A program made the translations under genes and the position numbers. This document shows, in pieces, positions 49,539-61,088 of a DNA stretch of 64,000 nt. Under the pieces are notes generated by a model. It was not told the DNA's origin, did no database searches, and worked only from the letters and a program-made list of their open reading frames with translations. Positions within the stretch are counted from its first letter, which is position 1. Every line of letters begins with the position of its first letter. The stretch comes from Selaginella moellendorffii. Its lineage: Eukaryota; Plantae; Lycopodiophyta. The stretch covers positions 3,278,880 through 3,342,879 of the forward strand of contig NW_003314261.1 of the NCBI RefSeq assembly GCF_000143415.4, in the 5' to 3' direction.

Positions 49539-52500
49539 CACAGGTCTGACGAGTAAGTCCCATTGTCCTTTGGGACTTCCTCACCACAGGATGGTATCCT
49601 TGGTCACTACACCAAAGGATTACTCCTCTTCCTTTCCACAGTCTAAGATTTTGGGACAATATTTCAAAACACCGTAACCCTACATAAGCCTCATGAGTAC
49701 TCTCCCCACCTTTTGCCTTTGGGTGCTCTAGTCATGAGACTAGAGCAAGGTTCCATTGAGCCACACTAGGTATCTAAAGAAGTAATACCACCCACACTTG
49801 GATTGGGAGCATCAACCATTTGATCTCCCGAGGGAGCTAAAGCTAGCTCTTGAACACTTCACCAAGCTACCCCGCTTGTCTATTCATATTCACTCTAGCT
49901 TTGGACTCCTCAATGAATATATCATCACCCAACACATAGGCATAACCTTCCTAGGTCACATTGGCCTTTTTTGGCTAAATTGGCTCCACTAAGGCCTAAC
50001 CCCCACATTCTCCTTACTATACTTTTGAAACCTTATATAGCCCCCCACTCCCCTAAACGCATGCTTTACCACATGCCTTCCAACTTAGGCTATACCATTT
50101 CCATTGGGATTCCCTTGGCAAGGGGTTTTCATGAACCCACTAACGTAACTTCAAGGTATTACACCTTGGTACATTTGGTATCTCCATACCATCAGCTCCA
50201 CGAGCCTACCTTTATGACACTTGCACTCATGTCTAAGTCTTTTTACCAAGACCAACACAGTCATTTCTCATGCCAACTATCTGTTAGCACTTCATTATAG
50301 TGTTATCACACAACTCTGCACCAAAGTTGCTTTCTTCTGGGAACACCTTTCCCACGACTTTAGTATGGCACATTCTACCACCCATGAGATACCCACTATT
50401 CTCATACTTGGATCTTATGATCCTCCCCAGCCTCTGTGGGGCATAACACACTTCAATCTAAATGCTTCCATTCGTCCTTTAGGGCCATTCTTTGACTCCA
50501 CTCAAGTCATTCAGCCTTTTGGACTTTTTTTTTTTAATCCCCCGACCTATAAGGTCTTACTTTTGAGGTGTTAGCTCATTGGAATACAATTTCTTGTATT
50601 CATGTCCTACTCACAAGGACCACTATTACAAGTGTTATTCCAACACTTGCCTATTTTTTCGTTCTTTGTGAGCTACCTTCACCCGTTAGGACTATCTGTC
50701 CATATGATGAGAATATCGATTCATCCTCTAAGCACACCCCCAACTCCTAAGGTTGTTCCAGCATTTATTCAAGGTAACCCCGGCTACCACTTCAAAGACT
50801 TATGTCCTCATCCGTATTTGACCTCCCATGGTCATTAATTCTGGTCTCATATTCATGAGCATCAGCCTCAACTTCAAAAGGGTAATCTTGTGACTCCTTT
50901 ATCGTTTTGGAGTCTATATCTTCCCTGTGATCCCAACTATAGTTGTTTACCACAACTACATTAGCCAGTTTGCTGAGTCAAACACTCATTTGGATCACAT
51001 CCTCAACTCAATGAGGAAAACCTTACACTATTCCCAAGATCCCAAAGTCGTTCCATTATTAGTCCTTTTCTATCCACCACTTTACCTACAAGTTCACACG
51101 TGAACTGTAGTGGAGAGCCATCTCTTCCCGACTTATTACTCCTCACAAATAGGCCCACTTCTAGGACCTTTTGATGCCCACACCAGTGGTGATATACTTG
51201 AGCACCAATAAAAGTCAGACTAAGGAATAGCTCTGATACCAAGTTGTAAGTGACTAATTTTTCCATTCTACTTTAGTCACTTAACCACACCTCCGACCAC
51301 TTGGAGGAGTCTCATTCACAACCTCCTTAAGTCTAATTCGGGACTTGGGACTTGCTAACCCCGAGAATGGCATCCATGCCACTCATCCCTTGCACTTAGT
51401 CCAAGTGCTCCACGTGCCCGGTCCCAAGACCGACACCCTAAGGTACCACCGACATACTAGCCTGTTAAGCTAAGGCCATGCCCCTTCACCTTGGTCACAC
51501 TGGTGGTCCAACACCACTTGCATCGCAGTCCCGTCTCTCAAGGACTAGGCCATCCGTCCAGGAGTGACCATCCAAGATCCATTCTTTAGCATCCTTAAGA
51601 TACCTGCAGACATGGGGAATAGCCTTCCCCAATATCCCTTTTACAGTCCCCACCAAGTCCCTTTTCTGCCCATGGCCGTGTTCGCCAACACTGCCATTGG
51701 GACAGGGCCCAAAGGCCCAACCACTAAGTGCCACTGTCCTCTGGGACTTCCTCACCACATAACCGTATCATTAGTCATTACACCAGAGGACCACTCCTCT
51801 TCTTTTCCATAGTTTGGGACTTTGGGACAACATTTCGAAACACCGTGGCCTTACACAAGCCTCATGGGTACTCTCCCCACCTTCCACCTTTTGGTGCTCT
51901 AGCCATGGGCTTAGAGCAAGGTTCCGTTGAGCCATGCCAGGTATCCAAGTAAGTAGTGCCACCCACACTTGGACTGGGAGCATCGACCATTCGATCTCCC
52001 GGGGGAACTAGAGTTGGTGCTTGAACACTTCGCCAAGCTACCCTACTTGACAATCCGTATTCACTCTAGCCTTGGACCTCCCAGTGGTTATCCCATCACC
52101 CAACACCTAGGTACAGCCTTCTTGGGCCAAATTAGCCTTTCCTAGCTAAACTGGCTCCACTAGAGTCCTCCCCCTACTATACTTTTGAAGCTCACCAAAC
52201 CCCCCAAGGTCTGGGAGATGAACGCTTTGGGCTTTCACCCTCTCAAACTCGAACTCGGAATTGGACTCGAACTTGGACTCGGACTCGGACTCGGGCTTAG
52301 GCTTGGTCTCGGCCTCGGCCTCGGTCTCAGTCTCGGTCCCAGTCTCGACTCCGGACTCCATCTCAGGTCCTTCTCGCACTCCATCTCGGATTCCATCTCG
52401 GGTCCATCTTGGACTCCATTTCAAACACCATCTCAGTCCATCTTGGATTCCATCTCGGGTCCATCTCGGACTCCATCTTAGGTCCATCTTGGACTCCATC

Positions 52501-52699
52501 TCGGACTCCATCTCGGTCCATCTCGGACTCACTTATTGCTCTTCCTTGAGCATTTCATTAAGAGTTCCACTCCCGCTCTCAACCTTTCAAGTCGGAGCTT
52601 TTAGTCCAAATATGTTACGCTTGTTTGGCATTCGCTTCGGCCACTACCACGTGGCACCCTTTCGGCTCCACTTTGGGGCTTAGGGATTTTTACCTCACG
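49539..52699 (-). mobile_element. Degenerate family-B element: 5' LTR ~51245-52699, PBS 51241-51230, decayed interior and a further LTR-like fragment at 49555-49990
   Basis: GCTCTGATACCA before TGTAAG at 51245; TCCATCTC subrepeats; 49555-49990 repeats 51727-52160. Confidence 0.7.
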
Positions 52700-53472
52700 A
52701 AACCATTGTACCACTACAATGCTATCTTTTAAAAATATGTGGGAAACTTACGCAATTGCCAAGTATTATCCCAAGAATAATAGGTAATAATCACCATAAA
52801 GTGATTAAACTAGTGGTACACATATAGAAGAATTCCAATTGGACGTGAGGATTGGCAATAAGAATAAAAGTTGTACATAGTATTGTGAATGTCACTATCA
52901 ATTGAGTCTAAGTTTTTTATTTGCAACTATATAGCTTGCACCAATTACTACTCCAGAGTCAAAGAAGGAAGATGCTACTGCAAAAGAAGAAATTGAAAAA
53001 GTTATAAAGAGAGTGAAATCTAGAGTATGAAAAATTTAAATTTAAACCAAAATTCTAAATCCAAGAATTTAGGGATAATCAAGATTGCCCCTCATCTTCT
53101 CCAATATAAGTGCATGGAATATGAAAAATAAATACAAAAATCTACACATTAATTAGCCCAAAACAACCCTAACCGCCTATGTACCAAATTGAAATCAATC
53201 CAACAGCTATCAAAAACCCTCTATAGTAATATTAGTAGACGGTATTATAGCTATACACTTAGACCTCACACCACTAAATTATTTCATTATTATTATGTAT
53301 ATTTATTATTTTATTTTATTTTAATTTGCTAAATTCTAACATAATTCTTATAAAAAATATTTAAAGATCCACTTGTTCTACATAGGGTTATTATTGTTAA
53401 ATATAATTATATTTCTTAACTTTATTATAAAGTTATTATTAAAATATTAACATAAAATACTAAAGTATATAC

Positions 53473-55560
53473 TGTCAAGAGCTCATTGTGGAGAGAATGA
53501 GATATAATAAAATCACAAAAATACGAAATAATAGAGGAGGAGAAATGGATTTATATTAAACACTCTAAGTATAGAGCCTTCAAAACCTTCAACAAATCCT
53601 AGGTATGAGTCTATATTAATCTTAGATCCCTTCCATATGAATAACATATCATTAAAGGTTTAAGGCTCAATTCTTACTATTATAAGAAATAGTGAATATA
53701 ATCTCTAGTAAATACAAAGATATAGTAAATATGTAACATCATCCCCTTTGATGCTGAACACTAAATAGTAACTAAAGTTGTGTGAAATAAGGCTTAAATG
53801 CCTGATAAAAATTTATAATTGGCTTAAAAGTATGAGCAAATTGGAAAATAAATTCCTAAATATAATCTCTAAAAGAGTGACTAAGGCCAAATAATAAGTT
53901 TATGATATCAATACTAAGTTGAAATATAAATGGGATCAGAAATGATAATATTTTAATAAAGCACAAAATGAAAGCCCATGAATGGTGAAAGATTGAATCA
54001 AAAAATCATTTTAGAGATGCAAAAGAGCATAAAAGAAAAAGGACCCAGACATTAATAATCAAATTTAGTACACGGACATATAGCCTTTTAATAAGCTTAA
54101 CTATTGATCCATTTCAGAAAGAATGACTAAGTTAGAGAAAATTATCAATTGCACATAAATAAGCAGTTTGAACACAAGAAAAATAATGAGGAACTTTCTT
54201 ATGAAAAGAATCCCAAGTGGTAACATAATCAATAATAAAATCATTTATAAAACTAGATGGTGAAGCAAATGAATATTACTAACAAGGATAAAGACCATAG
54301 TTAACAAAAAATTAGAAATTATGTGTTAAAGAGTGCTGGAAATCATTATAATTTAACTCAATAAAAGGAAGGAGTAAAAGCTAATTATCTTATTAAAAGA
54401 AAATAAAAAATCAAAAGTTTGAATAGTATACTTCAATTACTTATCAGATTAAGGATGGTGAGAAGTTGATAATTTGCTTTTGATATAAATGAAAGATGAA
54501 AATAAACTAAGACTCTTGATCACTTATTATATTGTTCAATAGTCTATAGAGATGAATAATCTTGTAAATAAGTTTAGCCAATTGTTATTCATCAATAATC
54601 ATTTGTCATTTAGGAAAATTGGTAGACCACAATAAAAACATTATCAAATCCTTGAGGAAGTGGAAGATTAAATAATATAATTCATAAAGCTAGATTTTTT
54701 AAAGCACTAGAGTAAATAAAAGAGGTTAAAGGAGTCTATGTAAAACATGTTAAGGCATTTGGTTTGTTAATGCATATTGTACATACAAAAAAAGTTTTTA
54801 GCATACTTGAATAAAATTAATTCTAATGTCTTCTAGACACTTAAATTCCCTATTATTAAGGTTTTATAGCACACTTATAGTGAAGATTTACCCCTCTACA
54901 AGATCTATAAGATAATTAAAAGGTTGATATAATGACAAGATGTTAAATCTCCTTTATCAAAAATATCCTCAAATTTAGAATAAGTTTAAGGTAAGAGTGG
55001 ATTTTTTCCTAATAAATGAAGTTTATGCTAAATGAATAGCAATTACAAAGACAGAATCAAAATTTTAATAACTAATATCTCAAAATTTATAAAAAGAAAT
55101 ATGCTAAATTTGAATTAGAAAATCATGAGAATAATACTTAAAGAAATGGAAACTTTTTCAATCATTAAACCACATCTATTCCACTATTAAATTCACGAGA
55201 TCAAATCAAGAAATATAAAAAATGATAAAGGTCTTTGAGATAGAGATAATATTTAAGAAAATATTGCAATGAGTCTAAAATGTTATCATTTTTTACCAAT
55301 TTAATTCATGTTTGATGAGCCCAAAAGAGATTTATTGACCATCCACCACTTCAACACAAGTTAAACGATGTAAAAAAGGATGCCACAATAAAGTGTAAAT
55401 TTTTAGTCAATGAAATTTTGATTAGAGAAGTTAAACTTAATGAATTCAAATTGATTAATGACCTTTAATCAATTAAAAAGGGAATGCACTTTTGCTTATG
55501 ACCACTTTCCTTCTATATTTGTTATCCTTAATGCATTTCTTCTTTATGAATCTCTAAATA
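53473..55560 (-). mobile_element. Highly decayed Ty1/Copia RT-RNaseH remnant with putative 3' LTR (~53473-53738) and PPT
   Basis: ...GTAACA followed by TCATCCCCTTTGA (reverse-complement PPT); broken RT/RH-like motifs on the minus strand; very AT rich, no ORFs; boundaries approximate. Confidence 0.5.
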
Positions 55561-57294
55561 TTTTATTCTTTATGAATCTTTAAACTTTAATTCAAAAGAT
55601 TGTAGATGATTTGAACTTTTATGGATCATCTATTAAATTTTTAAATTTTTTTTCTGCTTACAATTCATCATGCTTCTTTACAAGTTCATACCCTTGTGAA
55701 CAAAAGCTGAGAATTGCAGCTCTCCCAAAAGCTTTAACTTTTTTACACCTTACCCCTTAGGTTGAACCCAATTGGAGCAAATTAGATATATTATATATCA
55801 ATTTTACCATATAATGTGATTCCTTTAATTAATCAATAAAGTCAAATCTAAGACCTCTGTAATATCAAATATAAACTTTTGAATTTGAACTTCTTGTGAG
55901 GTCACTCAACTTGGGTACTACTCAAATGTAAAAATAATTAACTCTAAGTATTCTAAAACTTCTAACCAATTGGAAAAGAGAATACAGTTTTTTATAGGTC
56001 CTCTCCCTCTAAACCCTTATAGATTGTTTTTCAAATTATTTTCTTTAATTGAATTGAATATTTTCATTCTCTATAAGCCTAATAGCAAGTGCAAGGATAA
56101 GGACATTACTCCTATAAGTGATCTATATTGCTATAATATATCCAAAGGTAGTTCTTGATTAGATATTGTTGTTTAGCATTAGAAAGATACTATTAATATG
56201 TGACTTCAATCTTGATTGCAATAACATATTACTCATGTGTTGGTTGCTCCAAGACTATGGTCATTAGATGAGGAACAAAAGTTTAATGATGATGTCTCAA
56301 TCAATATTCTTCTTATTATCAAAATAAATAACAAAAACATTGGTAATCATGAAAGATATTAGATTTAGATAATAAAGCATGAGATCTTTGATATCCTCAC
56401 AAAGGACAAGGTGGAAATATCCCTTATGAACTACATTGTATTATGAAATATTAATGGTGACCATTTAGAACTCTGATGTTAAACATAGTGCAATTGTTAC
56501 AAGTTATTAATGGTGATGTGCTCTTGATCAGTATTGTTGAACATGCTAGTGAAGTGTTAAACAAAGAGATCAAAGGTTCTAAAGAATATAGAAAACCAAG
56601 AAAGAGGTATCCTAGTAAAATTAATCCCATGAGTTAAAGTAGAAAATTAGTGCTTTGAAGTCTAACTTGGTTGAGGAAGCCACAAAAGTTAGATCATATG
56701 TTATTAAATTTTGCTAGCATACTAAAATTTAATTTGAAACCAAGAAGTAGTTGGTGTTCAATAATTTATTGGAGTTATGAGTGAAGTGTTATATTATATT
56801 GCTCTAACACTTGATATGACTTCCACACAGTATTAAAATCTGATTGGAGCTAAAAAAAAAGAACCCATTTCTATCTTAAGAAATTTTAAAGTAAATACAC
56901 AAGTGAAATTAATATACCACAATAACAAAAAATATTTTAATCATAAATAAAATATCTACATGAAAGAGAAGATAATTAATGGAGAAGAAAATACCAAAAT
57001 AATAATCAAGTAAAATGATAATAAATTATATAATGCTATACAAAAAATATATTTTATGGTACTACATCGTTCTCCCATTTTACTGAAAATTTTAAAAAGA
57101 TTGAGATTATATATCATGAAAGGATTTACATAGAAGCAACGGTAAGAGTATCAACAAGAGAAAATAAGAAGAAAACAGGATAGAACAGATATTGATATTT
57201 TAATTATGATTAAAATCTTTTTTGTTGTATATTAATTTTATTTGTGTATTTACTTTTAAAAGTAAAAGAGAAAGCATCATTTTCAGCTGAATGT

Positions 57295-59541
57295 CTAATT
57301 TGACATCGACAAAATTGTGTTAGACATCAATACATATGGAGCTGACTGCTCTTCTTTGATTAAATGACTGCCCATCTCAAACACTCGGGCTGCTCTGACC
57401 GTGTCCCGATGCATTTTACATGCACCGAGTAGAGTTGACCACGCCGTACTATCTGCCTCGTATGGCATATAGTTGACCAAGTCCTCCGCCTCCTCAAGAC
57501 GTCCACTCCGTCCAAGGAGGTCAACCATGCACACATAGTGGTCCAAGATAGGGAAAAGGTGGTAGTCACCACATATAGAAACGAAGTGATTGATTCCAGT
57601 TTTCAGTAATCCCACCGCACTACACGAAGAGAGGATGCTCATAAAAGTGACTTCGTCCGGATGGATGCCCTCTATGTCCATCTTTCCAAAGAAATCAAGG
57701 GCTTTCTTGCCCCACCCAGCCTGGGCAAATGCTGAGAGCATGGTGTTCCAAGTAACAAGGTCTCTATCTCCAGCCATCTTCTCAAACATTTCGAGCGCTG
57801 CATCCAAATTTCCACACTTGCCATACATGTTGATGATCGAGTTTCCAGCCAGAGTTCCAGCCTCGAGCCTGACTTGGATCATCTCTCCGTGGATCAAGGT
57901 GCCCTCTTCCAGCACGGAGCGAGTCGTGCAAGCTTCAAGGATTGCGAGGAAAGTTTGCTGGTTTGCTCGAAACCCTTCCAAGTCCATTGTTGCGAAGAGC
58001 CTCATTGATTCCTTTTGTTGATCACGCCGAGCATAAGCTTCGATCATCGCGTTCCAAGACACCACGTCTCTCTCGAGCATCCTATCAAATAAGTGCCGGG
58101 CTTCGACTAGATCCCCGCTTTGGGCGTAGGCCGTCACCATGCTCGTCCATGCAACCACGTCCTGGTGGGGCATTTTATCAAACATGGCTCTAGCTTCCAC
58201 AAGCCGGTCACTTTGAGCGTAGGCCACGACCATCACCGTCCAAGTTACTGTGTCTTTGGAAGGCATTGCGGAAAACACACTTCCAGCCATTTCCAAGTCG
58301 CCACGCTCAGCATAACCGGCGATGAGCGTGTTCCAGGACATGTTATTTCTTTGTGGCATTGAATCAAACGTTTCTTTGGCTTGATCTAAATCGCCACTTT
58401 GAGCGTATGCTCCCACCATTGTCGTCCATGAGATCACATCTTTCTTGGGCATTTTATTGAAGAACCTTTCCACCGCCTTTATATCTTCTTGTTGGGCATA
58501 CGCTCCAAGCATAGTGTTCCATGATGCTTCGTCACGAATGGGATTTTTCTCAAAGAAGAGACTTGCCTCTTTGACGAGCCCGTGCTGGACATACCCGGCT
58601 AGCATTGCATTCCAAGAAACGGAATCTCTCCGAGGCATTTCATCAAACATCTTTCTTGCCTTGACGAGGCCACCACTTTGGGCATAAGCTGTGATCATAG
58701 TGTTCCATGAAGTTACATCCGGCTTTGGCATTTTGTCAAAAAAATCTTGTGCTTGCTCCAGCTTTTTGTGATGAACATAGGCTCCAATGATCGAGTTCCA
58801 AGCCATGGTGTTTCGATTTGGCATGGAGTCGAACAACAGCCTTGCTTGATCCAAATCACCTTTCTCCGCGTAAGCAGTAAACATTGCCGTCCACGAGACT
58901 GTGTCTTTTACTGGCATCTCATCAAAAACTTTTCGAGCTTCTAAAATATCCCCGTTCTTTGCATATGCTGTGATCATGGTGTTCCACGAGACAACATCCT
59001 TGCACGGGTTTAGATCAAACAACTTTCTCGATTCGCAAATATCTCCTTTCTGGGCATATGCAAAGATCATGAAGTTCCAAGAAACTTGGTCTCTCTCCTC
59101 CATCTTGTCGAAATAAGTTCTAGCTTCTTGCAGATTTCTTCTTCTCGCAAATGCCTGTACCATGATGTTCCAGGTGACAATGTTCTTTTCCGGCAGGGTT
59201 TCAAATATAAAAACCGCTTCCAAAACATACCCATTCCGGGCAACTGCTGCAAGGGCAATGTTCCAAGTAAAAACATTCGGATCCGGCATGTTGGAGACAA
59301 CAGAACAAGCTTCTTCGAGATTCCCACACCGCCCATACATGTCAACAAGGAGATTGCAAAGATATCTGCTGCCATCTAGTCCCTGGAGAAGGATTTCCCG
59401 GTGGAGCTGTGTGGCTTGCGAGAGATTCTTGGAGACTCCACACAATTTTATCACCCGTGCGTAGCGATCGACCACTTCCTTCTCTACATAGGGCCGCTGG
59501 GCCTCTTGGCTTCTCGCGCGTCCACTAAGCTTGAGCAGCAT
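57295..59541 (-). CDS. PLS-class PPR protein with E motif, no DYW
   Basis: Intronless; likely start MLLKLSG at 59541 (the longer ORF overlaps the next gene); tandem S/SS repeats; HYVCMVDLLGRSGRLEEAEDLVNYMPYEADSTAWSTLLGAC. Confidence 0.93.
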   Translation of the reverse strand: MLLKLSGRARSQEAQRPYVEKEVVDRYARVIKLCGVSKNLSQATQLHREILLQGLDGSRYLCNLLVDMYGRCGNLEEACSVVSNMPDPNVFTWNIALAAVARNGYVLEAVFIFETLPEKNIVTWNIMVQAFARRRNLQEARTYFDKMEERDQVSWNFMIFAYAQKGDICESRKLFDLNPCKDVVSWNTMITAYAKNGDILEARKVFDEMPVKDTVSWTAMFTAYAEKGDLDQARLLFDSMPNRNTMAWNSIIGAYVHHKKLEQAQDFFDKMPKPDVTSWNTMITAYAQSGGLVKARKMFDEMPRRDSVSWNAMLAGYVQHGLVKEASLFFEKNPIRDEASWNTMLGAYAQQEDIKAVERFFNKMPKKDVISWTTMVGAYAQSGDLDQAKETFDSMPQRNNMSWNTLIAGYAERGDLEMAGSVFSAMPSKDTVTWTVMVVAYAQSDRLVEARAMFDKMPHQDVVAWTSMVTAYAQSGDLVEARHLFDRMLERDVVSWNAMIEAYARRDQQKESMRLFATMDLEGFRANQQTFLAILEACTTRSVLEEGTLIHGEMIQVRLEAGTLAGNSIINMYGKCGNLDAALEMFEKMAGDRDLVTWNTMLSAFAQAGWGKKALDFFGKMDIEGIHPDEVTFMSILSSCSAVGLLKTGINHFVSICGDYHLFPILDHYVCMVDLLGRSGRLEEAEDLVNYMPYEADSTAWSTLLGACKMHRDTVRAARVFEMGSHLIKEEQSAPYVLMSNTILSMSN

Positions 59542-59737
59542 ATCATGATTTTTTAAAAAGTCGAATATGCCGCCAGTACCTTTAAGATTCTGCCACGTCG
59601 GCGAAGTTTTTAGGGCAGACGCATTCCACTGTGAGAGTGAGCTCGGCAAGGCGCGAGGAATTTTGATTTGGGAGGCGCCATTTCTCCATCCAGGTATAGA
59701 TCCGCGCGCGCTTGAATCCCCAGCGCTCGCGATCGAA

Positions 59738-61056
59738 ATGGGGGCGCTGGCGGTCTCCGGGACCGCGCAGATCAAGCAGCTGTTCGAGGAGCAGCACAAG
59801 TACCTGGATTTCTTCTTCGCCAATCTCGACTACGCCCAGATCCAGGCCTTCACGGACCTGTGCCTGGCCGCCGAGGGCGTCGTCTTCTTCTCCGGCGTGG
59901 GCAAGAGCGGCTACATCGCCCAGAAAATCTCCCAGACGCTCGTCTCCACGGGCACTAAGTCGGTGTTCCTCAACCCCACGGATGCCTTGCACGGCGACAT
60001 TGGCATGGTGGGATCCAAGGACTTGGTGGTGTTGCTGAGCAAGAGTGGCGCTACCGAGGAGCTCTTGAGGCTGGTGCCGTGCTTGAGAGCCAGAGGGGCG
60101 TTCGTGGTGGGGATCTCTTCGCTGCTAAACTCGCAGCTTAGCCGGGTGTGTGACATGCACGTCCATTTGCCGCTCGAGAGGGAGCTCTGCCCGTTTGATC
60201 TCGCGCCGGTGACTTCCACCGCCATCCAGATGCTCTTAGGCGATACGGTGGCGATTGCGCTCATGCAAGCGAAGAATCTGACTAGGGAGGAGTATGCTCT
60301 CAATCATCCGGCTGGTCGCATTGGCAAGAGACTCATCTTTCGAGTACGTGATTTCTTCCTTTTCTTTCTCTTTTCTCTTGTTGCTTGGTTTGTAAGTTTG
60401 TTTTCGTATCTCGGCTTTCAAAGTTGTTTTTTTTCTCCTCCAAGACTTGGTCTGATTTGTTCGTAGCGTAGCTACTTGGTTACCGGATTTTTATTTGTTT
60501 CTGTTTTCTTTTGTCTCTTTTCTCTTTGTTTTGTTGCTTTTTCTCTTCGTTTTTCTGCGTGTTTTTCTTGTTTATATCTTTACCATCGTAGATTGACGGT
60601 TTTTTTCCATCATCCATCTCAAGGTTCGAGATGTCATGAAGAAAGGAGACGAACTTCCACTATGCAAGGAAAACGATCTGATAATGGAGCAGCTCTTGGA
60701 ACTCTCTGCAAAGGGCTGTGGTTGTCTTCTCGTCGTCGACGACAACAGGCAGCTTCTTGGTACCTTTACCGATGGTGATCTCCGTCGAGCACTCAAGTCC
60801 AAGAGGGAGGAGGTTTTCAAGCTGACTGTCGGGGAGATGTGCAACAGGTATGCAGGAAACCTCCACGTTGTCATAGCTGTTTTCTTTTTCTTTCTCCAGA
60901 TCTCCGCGAAAAACAACGGCAAATGCGATGGCTGTCGATGCCATGCAGATAATGGAAGGGCCTCCATCCCCCGTCACATTTCTTCCCGTGGTGGACGAAA
61001 CTGGCATTGTAATCGGCATCGTTAAGCTTCATGACTTGGTTTCCGCTGGCCTGTGA
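59738..61056 (+). CDS. SETH3: D-arabinose-5-phosphate isomerase (KdsD/SETH3; SIS plus CBS domains), 3 exons: 59738-60343, 60623-60847, 60900-61056
   Basis: [62 protein letters not shown]. Confidence 0.93.
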
Positions 61057-61067
61057 CTTATATACCT

Positions 61068-61088
61068 TCACACACACACACACACACA
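61068..61088 (+). repeat. (CA)n microsatellite in the 3'UTR
   Basis: CACACACACACACACACACA seen directly. Confidence 0.85.

Noticed and set aside
59542-59823. Apparent overlap of the PPR and KdsD ORFs
   Set aside because: Both ORF calls extend upstream from non-ATG starts; probable ATGs at 59541 and 59738 do not overlap.
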